Source: Candidatus Aenigmarchaeota archaeon CG_4_9_14_3_um_filter_37_18
GTDB taxonomy: Archaea > Aenigmatarchaeota > Aenigmatarchaeia > CG10238-14
Assembly (NCBI GenBank): GCA_002789635.1
Contig: PFTQ01000044.1
Coordinates: 837-54,203 of the forward strand
Direction of reading: 5' to 3'
DNA: 53,367 bases
A program made the position numbers and the translations under genes. The notes beneath the pieces were generated by a model. It was not told the DNA's origin, ran no database searches, and saw only the letters and a list, made by a program, of their open reading frames with translations. Each line of letters opens with the position of its first letter. Position 1 is the stretch's first letter. Below are positions 17,141 through 24,322 of this stretch, one piece after another.

Positions 17141-17476
17141 TTACTTTGCTAAAATAATGTTCATTGTAGAAACGTTTATCTTGTTTCCGCCTTCTACTTC
17201 TCTTTCTTCTGTTCCAATGTCTATGTTCTTGACTTTTAGGTCTGACATAAACTTATTTTTGACAACTTCTGCTACGTCAACTGCTCTAGAGATTGATCTG
17301 CCTCTGGCTTTTATGTTGACTTCTTTAACCCCAGCTGAAAATTGGGTTATTACAGCCAGCACATAGCTCATTGTTGGTTTTTGCCCGACAAAGACTACGT
17401 TATCATCCATTCTTGCTCTTTTTTGCGGCTGTTTTTGTTTTTCAGTTTGTTGTTTTTCAACTTTTTTTTCTGCCAA
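17141..17476 (-). CDS. albA: Alba DNA/RNA-binding chromatin protein with a K/Q-rich N-terminal tail
   Basis: [49 protein letters not shown]. Confidence 0.9.
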   Translation of the reverse strand: MAEKKVEKQQTEKQKQPQKRARMDDNVVFVGQKPTMSYVLAVITQFSAGVKEVNIKARGRSISRAVDVAEVVKNKFMSDLKVKNIDIGTEEREVEGGNKINVSTMNIILAK

Positions 17477-17547
17477 TTACTTCACCTCTTGTTTTATTGG
17501 TATTATATATCTAATTTTAATTGAAAATAAAGTTTAAATCTTTAATT

Positions 17548-18000
17548 CTACTGGCTCTTTGTGAAATTAATGAACATGAATCCCAAGTGAATATCATCAT
17601 CTGAGTATCTGATCGAAACTGGGGTTTTAAAACTTGGTTTGAAGTCCCCTCCTATAACCCATTCTTTATTGTTGTCAAGGTCAGTGACTTTTATTCTATA
17701 GATATTATCAGGATAGGATATCTCGGAGAATAGCGGGGTAGGGTTTGCTGCTAATGAGTCAAGCTTGCCCTTGTCCAAGACTCCCCTGTGTATTGTGCTA
17801 TCGGTGTAAGCCATTTTTTCAGAAGAGAGCAGGACATTCGATAGAATAACCCTTCTCCTCAATATTTCATTTTCTTCTACTGTTACTTTTACCCCTTGGC
17901 CTCTTGAGATGAAGAAGAAAACTAGCATCCCTACAAGAGCAACTGTAAGCAAGCCTACTAGCATATGAGAAAGGCTTGTCGCCTGCGCTTTTGTCCTCAT
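17548..18000 (-). CDS. type IV pilin-like protein (class III signal)
   Basis: MRTKA/QATSLSHMLVGLLTVALVGMLVFFFI N-terminus. ATGA overlap with the upstream pilin gene. Confidence 0.6.
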   Translation of the reverse strand: MRTKAQATSLSHMLVGLLTVALVGMLVFFFISRGQGVKVTVEENEILRRRVILSNVLLSSEKMAYTDSTIHRGVLDKGKLDSLAANPTPLFSEISYPDNIYRIKVTDLDNNKEWVIGGDFKPSFKTPVSIRYSDDDIHLGFMFINFTKSQ

Positions 18001-18401
18001 TTCCCATCAACCTTATACTTTTCAACGCCATTCACAACTGTCTTTTCGATTGTAAAATCTTTAGCATCTGAAAATGAGCCAGAAACATCCACTAGAACAG
18101 GATCAGACGAATCTTGCTTCCCGCTATTGAATTCCCTTGAAGCAGCAACCTCCCTATTCGATATGCCGACATCATAACTGTTATCGGAAGAAACCTTGTA
18201 TCTTATCATGATATCTCCAGGAGCTGCTGCGCTTATTGAAACTAGTGCTGCAAGATCCTTCGAAACGACTTCTGGCGAATCTATTGTGAACATGCTAATC
18301 GCTTCCTGTATGGTTGGGATAATAACAGGTATTAAAGCCACTAAAATCACCATAATACCTATTATTGAAAAAACTTCTGTTGTTTCAGCCTGGCCTTTCA
18401 T
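17997..18401 (-). CDS. type IV pilin-like protein (class III signal)
   Basis: MKG/QAETTEVFSIIGIMVILVALIPVII: short basic leader, Gly at -1, then a hydrophobic helix. Confidence 0.65.
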   Translation of the reverse strand: MKGQAETTEVFSIIGIMVILVALIPVIIPTIQEAISMFTIDSPEVVSKDLAALVSISAAAPGDIMIRYKVSSDNSYDVGISNREVAASREFNSGKQDSSDPVLVDVSGSFSDAKDFTIEKTVVNGVEKYKVDGK

Positions 18402-18479
18402 AATATAGAATGGTTTTTTGTTAAGTTAAGTTTTACAAAAAGGATATTTGTTTTAAAGATAAAAATAATATCAGATAAA

Positions 18480-19379
18480 ATGAGAAAATTAATACTATTG
18501 GGTTTTTTGGGATTAGTTCTACTCTTTTCTGGCTGTGATAATCAGACTACAAATGGGTGCAGCGACAGCGGCCTGAAGCTTGTGGACTACAATGTTTATC
18601 CTCTCGAAAAAATCTATCAAGGAGATATAGTGGCGTTTGCATTCTGGCTTGAAAACAAAGGCAGCTCTACTGCGGGGAATGTTAAAGTCGACTTCTTTGA
18701 TACGCCTGGCTTTGATGTAACAAGGCTCGAATGCCAAGAAAATCCATCCGGAGGCAAGGAATGCAATTTGGGGGAGATACTTTCTGAAGAAGGCTGCCTA
18801 GGCGAAATGAGACAGGTAAAAACTGAGTTGAGGGCTAGAGGTTCCGGGGACAATACTGTCAGCTTTGCTGTTATATATAATTACCATGGCAATTCCCTGC
18901 TTTCATTTGGTATTTGGGAGAAGAATTCAAAAAACCAGTATGGAAACAAACGCATTGGAAGCACATATGGGCCTGTTAAAGTTGAGATAAACCCAGGCTT
19001 CTTGATGAGCAGAATAGTTGACGACAGGAAGCAAACAACCACTGAATGGGTGGAAGAAGGCCAGAGATTCACTGTTAACATTAATGTCAGGGAGAGCGGA
19101 AATTTTGGCCAAAGCTCATCAAAAACATCAATATCAAACTTTAAGGTAAAGCTCAATTATTTAGAGCCTATAGCTGATGGGAAATGCGATTTTATTCTGA
19201 GCGGGGAATATTTAGTGCCAAAAGAATCTATTGAAGTCCCTACAAAGAAGCCTTTAAAATGTGATTTAAAAGCTAATGATAATATCGGGCAGGAATGGAT
19301 TACCGGCGGGATAGAGGTGGATTATGATTATGAGTATAGCTTTGTCAAGCAGCAAACCTTCAAGATAAACACCGAATAA
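18480..19379 (+). CDS. secreted lipoprotein-like protein with a CARDB-like module
   Basis: MRKLILLGFLGLVLLFSGC lipobox-like signal. YQGDIVAFAFWLENKGSSTAGNVKVDFF module. Confidence 0.6.
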   Translation: MRKLILLGFLGLVLLFSGCDNQTTNGCSDSGLKLVDYNVYPLEKIYQGDIVAFAFWLENKGSSTAGNVKVDFFDTPGFDVTRLECQENPSGGKECNLGEILSEEGCLGEMRQVKTELRARGSGDNTVSFAVIYNYHGNSLLSFGIWEKNSKNQYGNKRIGSTYGPVKVEINPGFLMSRIVDDRKQTTTEWVEEGQRFTVNINVRESGNFGQSSSKTSISNFKVKLNYLEPIADGKCDFILSGEYLVPKESIEVPTKKPLKCDLKANDNIGQEWITGGIEVDYDYEYSFVKQQTFKINTE

Positions 19380-19416
19380 AGTTATTATTGTCTCTTTCTA
19401 AATATTAACAGATAAT

Positions 19417-20742
19417 ATGGATGACGAGGAAAGGATTAAAAGGCTAGCGGAATTAGCCAGACAAAAAGAAGAAATGGAAAGAAAAAGGCTAGCCGAGCAG
19501 CAGAATCTTCAAGGCAGAGACCAAAAAACCCAACAAGAACTAAAAGAGAAACAACTGCAGGAACTCAAGAGGCAGCAGGAATTAAGCCAAAGAATGGGTG
19601 CCCCTAGTGGGGGACAGCCTGGATATCAGTCATCTTCTCCTCAAAAAGATTCAACTGTTAAGTATATTGCAATAGTTCTTGTTATTGCTGTTGTAGGCTT
19701 TTTCGGATATAGGTATAAGGATGATATATTATTTGAGGGAAGTAAAATCCTGCAATCCATAGAGAGAATGCTTCCGGATGACCTTTTGAAGTCTTGGTCT
19801 TGTATATTGGGGACTTTAACAGGGAAAAAATCAGCTGATGAATGCTTCGGAAATGTCCCCCCAATAATAACGAATCAGAATGATTTTATTGATGTGAAAT
19901 TTGGCTCTGGAGATGGATATCCCCTAAACCCAGAAAGATTGCAAAAATATTCGCTGCCTGTTAGGATTTCAAACAGCAAGGAAAAAGCTTTGAATGTTGA
20001 GGTTAATGGTGTGCTTCATTGCACTGTTGAATCCCCGCTTATGGATGGTGATATTGAAGAGTCTTTTAATTTAAAGGCTTCTACTCCTTCCTTCAGAATA
20101 GAGAAAGATGAAGTGTCATTAAGGCTTGAAAGCGAGGAAGCACTGCCATGCACTCTGAAAGCGTGCACTAATGCTGAAGTTATTGCAAGCTATTCAGACC
20201 AGAACGATTTTACAACTTCATTTACATTAGGGAAGACAAGGCAGGACGCATTAAAAACTCAAATAAAATCAGAAACAAGCCCTGGTCCTATTTCTATAAG
20301 AGCTGAGTTTCATCCCCTGAATTATTATTATCTTGATCAGAATGTTCAAGAAACTGAAGTTATTTTTACATTCACAAATAAAGGAACCGGAAAAGCAGAT
20401 ATAGCTAGTTTTCAGGTAGGGGTAGATGAAGATACAAAAGATTTTTTTAGCAGTTTTGGCCCCTGCTCATGCTCTTGTCATGAAGATTTTAATAAAATGA
20501 TTGGCGAAGCAAAAGAATTTAGTATAAACTCCGATGGGAAGAATGGAATGGATGTGATTTTAGACCAGAATTCTAGATGCGAATGCCTATGTGATTTTAA
20601 GATCAACGAAAATAAAGTTAATGGCTTGCCAGATTATGGAGCTAGCAAAACAGCAAATTTCTATTTTAGTGTTTTTTATAAATTTGACAGGACTGAAAAA
20701 TATGCAGGTTTGGCTCTTCAGGGGGATAAGTGCAGTGATTAA
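19417..20742 (+). CDS. type II membrane protein with cytoplasmic K/E/Q coiled coil, one TM and a Cys-containing ectodomain
   Basis: N-terminal EERIKRLAELARQKEEMERKRLAEQQ..., TM segment YIAIVLVIAVVGFFGY, and a 340-aa external part. Confidence 0.6.
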   Translation: MDDEERIKRLAELARQKEEMERKRLAEQQNLQGRDQKTQQELKEKQLQELKRQQELSQRMGAPSGGQPGYQSSSPQKDSTVKYIAIVLVIAVVGFFGYRYKDDILFEGSKILQSIERMLPDDLLKSWSCILGTLTGKKSADECFGNVPPIITNQNDFIDVKFGSGDGYPLNPERLQKYSLPVRISNSKEKALNVEVNGVLHCTVESPLMDGDIEESFNLKASTPSFRIEKDEVSLRLESEEALPCTLKACTNAEVIASYSDQNDFTTSFTLGKTRQDALKTQIKSETSPGPISIRAEFHPLNYYYLDQNVQETEVIFTFTNKGTGKADIASFQVGVDEDTKDFFSSFGPCSCSCHEDFNKMIGEAKEFSINSDGKNGMDVILDQNSRCECLCDFKINENKVNGLPDYGASKTANFYFSVFYKFDRTEKYAGLALQGDKCSD

Positions 20743-20767
20743 TCCACAGTTTAAATAAGTTCAAATC

Positions 20768-23047
20768 TTAACCTAACCTTGAAATAAAATCATTCCAATC
20801 AAAAGCAGGGCCCGGATCAAATTTTCCTGATGTTACTTCATCATGGCCTATGATATGAGTTCTGTCTACTGTAATGCCGGAATTTCTTCTAATAATGTCA
20901 GAAACAAGCCCGATCAAAGAATTCATTTGTTCTTCAGGGTAGGCCTCCCAGTAATCAGTGTTGCCTCGAAGAGCATGCGCAAGGAATTTGCATCTGTCTG
21001 AATTTACACCTAACTTGTCATCGCACAAATAGCCATAATTAACAACTTCTATGCCTATTGATCTTGGGTTCATCCCTTCAATGCAATTGGGATCAGATTG
21101 GGTTTTTGTGCATCCAGCATGCCAAGCACTATATTTCTCATCAACAAGCCTGTATATTGTCCCATCTCTGTCTACAACATAATGAACACTCGCTTTTCTA
21201 TTTTTATCATCTGCAAGCGTATCCAGCGTTGGACCAATGTCCCTTGCTGTGTAATGTATCACAACCCTGTCTATAATTGTCTCCCATCTTGTGCTGTCAT
21301 ATTTCGACGAGTCAGCTGGGTGGTCTATTATATCGAGAGAACCGCCAATAGTTGTTGTCGTGGTTGTAACTTCTTTCTTCTGGCATCGTTTCCAATCCTG
21401 ATAGCCAGGGTAAACTGTATCATCTACATACCTTAATATTATCTTCGCTTTACCGCCTGGATCATTGCAATATACATTATATTTTTCGCACATAGCTTTA
21501 CAGGCATCAGTCATCACCTGCATGTTGTTCATGCTTTCCCACTTACTGTCTCCTGCTATTTTTATAGCCTCTTGAATAGTAGCCTGGCCTCCATTATAAG
21601 AAGCTAACCCTAATTTTATCAGGTTTTCAAAGTCATAATTATTGTAGCTTCCCATGGAAGATAATTTACTTTTCAGTATTCTGACGCCGCATCTTATGTT
21701 TAACCCAGCACTAGTTGAAAGCTCTTCCCATGAGCCTATGCCATCGCAGCCTTTTGCGGATGATAGAGTTACCTGCATTATACCGCATCCGCTCGACGCA
21801 GAACAGGTTGTAAACTGATTCCAATTGCTCTCCTGTGTTATTACTGCAGCTACCAAATAAGTGGCTTCCTCTAAAGGTATGTAATCTGTCAAGCCCTCGG
21901 TTGAAATCGCACTAACTATTGTGTCTTTGTATGAATTATATTTGTTGACATGCGGGGAAGCTAAGCCCGGGCAAGAAACCAATTCACCAGGCACACCATT
22001 ACTTCTACAGGCTAAGTCTGGGCATTTATTCACACCAGAAGCGCTCCATGAGCAGGAATCAGTGCATGAAGAATCCATACAGTAGCAGTTTGTACCGGGA
22101 ATTATTGACATTTCTGTTATAGATTCCTTTATTTGGCATGTATTTTTATCAGGCTCAAACTCATAATTCCCGACAACAACATAAAATTTCAACCCAATCT
22201 TCTTGTAATCAGTTTTCTTCGTTAAGTAGTCGTAGACAGGATATTCCTGGGAATTGTCTGTTATTTCAACCAAATACCTTAAAGCAAATTTTGACTCATC
22301 TCCATCTAGAACATAGATTTTGCTTGGCGTTAATCTTATTTCTATATCTTCAGAATTGTAGCCTGTTTTTCCTGGGATTCCTTCATTCAATTCTCCTCCA
22401 AGGTTGTGGATCTTATCCATAGCTTCATTATAAGTCGCGGAATCTGGAATTTTCTTCCCTAAAATATCATCATCAAGAAATTCTTTTTTTCCTATCTCAA
22501 ACAGCCTTAACGTTCTGGGTTCAGCGTCAGCTGCAATTTCCAATCCTTCATTAATTTCAACCATCGGCCTTTTCAACCCTAACGCTTCAGCAGCAACTGC
22601 TTTAATTGTTGTTTTGCCTGAAGACCCGCTAAGATCAACAGAATTATATTCCGGGATATCAACTTCCCCTTTAAAAGATTTTGCGTATTTGTTGAAGAAG
22701 TGCAGCGTTGTTGTTTCCAAGTTTTTTTCATACTCAGGAAATTCAATGCTGTCATATATCCTCCAGTAGGGTATGCAGTCATAGCAGTCTGTTTTTTCCA
22801 GGTTATAATAGCCGCCCTGGTCAGAAACAAGATAGGATGATTGGTAGAAGGAATTCTTCAGGGACTGGGTCAAGGATATTTTCGACAGCTCCACTTTGTT
22901 TATCCCGTCTATGATGTTCACTTCCATTGCTGCTCTTTTTGAGATGTTTGACCTGTTAAAAAAAGAGATAAACACTACTCCAGAAACCATGATCAATCCA
23001 AACATCCCTATTAAAAGAATGGAAAATGGGCCTATTCCTTTTCTCAA
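20768..23047 (-). CDS. pilin-like protein fused to an SLT lytic transglycosylase domain and an N-acetylmuramoyl-L-alanine amidase (amidase_2/PGRP) domain
   Basis: N-terminus MRKG/IGPFSILLIGMFGLIMVSGVVFISFF. SLT motifs VITQES, GCGIMQVT, LNIRCGVRIL, LASYNGG (nt about 21413..21925). TTTTTT linker. Amidase_2 motifs VVIHYTA, SVHYVVDRDGTIY, SAWHAG, NPRSIGIEVVN, IIGHDEV..GKFDPGPAFDW (nt about 20771..21295). Confidence 0.85.
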   Translation of the reverse strand: MRKGIGPFSILLIGMFGLIMVSGVVFISFFNRSNISKRAAMEVNIIDGINKVELSKISLTQSLKNSFYQSSYLVSDQGGYYNLEKTDCYDCIPYWRIYDSIEFPEYEKNLETTTLHFFNKYAKSFKGEVDIPEYNSVDLSGSSGKTTIKAVAAEALGLKRPMVEINEGLEIAADAEPRTLRLFEIGKKEFLDDDILGKKIPDSATYNEAMDKIHNLGGELNEGIPGKTGYNSEDIEIRLTPSKIYVLDGDESKFALRYLVEITDNSQEYPVYDYLTKKTDYKKIGLKFYVVVGNYEFEPDKNTCQIKESITEMSIIPGTNCYCMDSSCTDSCSWSASGVNKCPDLACRSNGVPGELVSCPGLASPHVNKYNSYKDTIVSAISTEGLTDYIPLEEATYLVAAVITQESNWNQFTTCSASSGCGIMQVTLSSAKGCDGIGSWEELSTSAGLNIRCGVRILKSKLSSMGSYNNYDFENLIKLGLASYNGGQATIQEAIKIAGDSKWESMNNMQVMTDACKAMCEKYNVYCNDPGGKAKIILRYVDDTVYPGYQDWKRCQKKEVTTTTTTIGGSLDIIDHPADSSKYDSTRWETIIDRVVIHYTARDIGPTLDTLADDKNRKASVHYVVDRDGTIYRLVDEKYSAWHAGCTKTQSDPNCIEGMNPRSIGIEVVNYGYLCDDKLGVNSDRCKFLAHALRGNTDYWEAYPEEQMNSLIGLVSDIIRRNSGITVDRTHIIGHDEVTSGKFDPGPAFDWNDFISRLG

Positions 23048-23463
23048 TTAATCACCAAAACCAAATTTTCAACCAGCTTGTCTGGATTGTAGGGTAAAGT
23101 TATGTTCACGCTTGAAGTGTATTCCTTAGGTGTGCAGCCAGAGCTCTTTGCCAACACTTTGGAAGGGGTTGATAGTTTGTAGCATCTGCCCTCAACTAAT
23201 TTGTCCAGCTTATCCTTGAGGAATGTTAGGTCGTCTGGCTGGCCAAAGGCTAGGTTGTCGCCGATCAATTCCTGGACAGTTTTTCCGTCGTAAGTAGAGG
23301 TTAGCAATGAGATTAGAATCATCTGCGTATTTTCATAATTCTCTTCATACTGGATTACTCTCAGGGAAGGGGCTGTAATAAATTTAGGGACTATTAAGAT
23401 TCCAAATACCAAGAACACAGTAAAAACCAGGACAACAAATGGTATGTTCAATTGGCCTTTCAT
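23044..23463 (-). CDS. type IV pilin-like protein (class III signal)
   Basis: MKG/QLNIPFVVLVFTVFLVFGILIV. ATGA overlap with the downstream hydrolase gene. Confidence 0.65.
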   Translation of the reverse strand: MKGQLNIPFVVLVFTVFLVFGILIVPKFITAPSLRVIQYEENYENTQMILISLLTSTYDGKTVQELIGDNLAFGQPDDLTFLKDKLDKLVEGRCYKLSTPSKVLAKSSGCTPKEYTSSVNITLPYNPDKLVENLVLVIN

Positions 23464-23659
23464 AACAATAGATTGATTTCTCAGGTTAAATTTTTACAAG
23501 GGGGGTGGTTTCAGATGACAGTCTGATTATCGGATTTTATGGCTTTTGATAATATTTTATTTAAACGAAGTTATCTTTTTTGATAACTATAATGCAAGAA
23601 AATAAGATTTAATGCTTAAATATTCTGCGAGGATTGCATATCAAAATAAAGAGGAATAA

Positions 23660-23935
23660 TCAGCCTAAATTTTTACAATCATCTATGCTGTTCGGCTTTT
23701 CTATACCGAGGCTTTCACAATCTTCTGGTTTTATATCTCCCCAATCTCCGGGGTCCTGGCCTTTCAGAGTCCATCTTTCGCAGTAATTCATGTATTTTGC
23801 CGTGCATGTTGCTTTGTTGGCTTCGATCGGAGTTTGGCCTATAAAAAACCAAAAAGTAACAAGGGTAAAAATAAGAAGTAAACCCATCACAGCTATTAAA
23901 AACAGCGTGTGGGTTGCTATTGCTTTTGGTGACAT
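23660..23935 (-). CDS. short four-Cys pilin-like protein
   Basis: MSPKA/IATHTLFLIAVMGLLLIFTLV. CTAKYMNYCERWTLKG is paralogous to the next gene. Confidence 0.6.
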   Translation of the reverse strand: MSPKAIATHTLFLIAVMGLLLIFTLVTFWFFIGQTPIEANKATCTAKYMNYCERWTLKGQDPGDWGDIKPEDCESLGIEKPNSIDDCKNLG

Positions 23936-23969
23936 AATAACATTTTGATTTTATTTTCTAATATAATTA

Positions 23970-24251
23970 TTAGCCTAAAACTCCTTCACAATAAGCTCGT
24001 GTGAGAATCGCCCAACTATAACTTGAACAATCTGGATTTTTCGCTACAAATGTTTCTGTAGCCGCAAGAGTTGAATAACCTTTTCTCGACCAATCTGCAC
24101 AAAACGTGAATGCTTTCGTTTGACAGAACTTTTCAGTTGATGCTCCTCCACCCCTTCCAATCCATGTCCAAACCAAATATCCTAAGCCGACAATAACTAT
24201 CAAACCTATTACAAGACCAACAATAGTTTGTGTTGCTACTCCTTTTGCCAT
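23970..24251 (-). CDS. short four-Cys pilin-like protein
   Basis: Preferred start MAKG/VATQTIVGLVIGLIVIVGL lies 4 nt after AGGTGA (24256..24261). CQTKAFTFCADWSRKG is paralogous to the 23660..23935 gene. Confidence 0.65.
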   Translation of the reverse strand: MAKGVATQTIVGLVIGLIVIVGLGYLVWTWIGRGGGASTEKFCQTKAFTFCADWSRKGYSTLAATETFVAKNPDCSSYSWAILTRAYCEGVLG

Positions 24252-24322
24252 ACATTCACCTAGCAATTATTTTTGGATTTTTAGTTATTAAATATATCGG
24301 TTGCAAACAAGTAAGTAAAAAT

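Noticed and set aside
23570-23592. GTTATC-TTTTTT-GATAAC inverted repeat in the 196-nt gap between two pilin genes
   Set aside because: The 6-bp arms in AT-rich DNA are within chance expectation. It could be an operator or an intra-operon attenuator, but I cannot support either from sequence alone.
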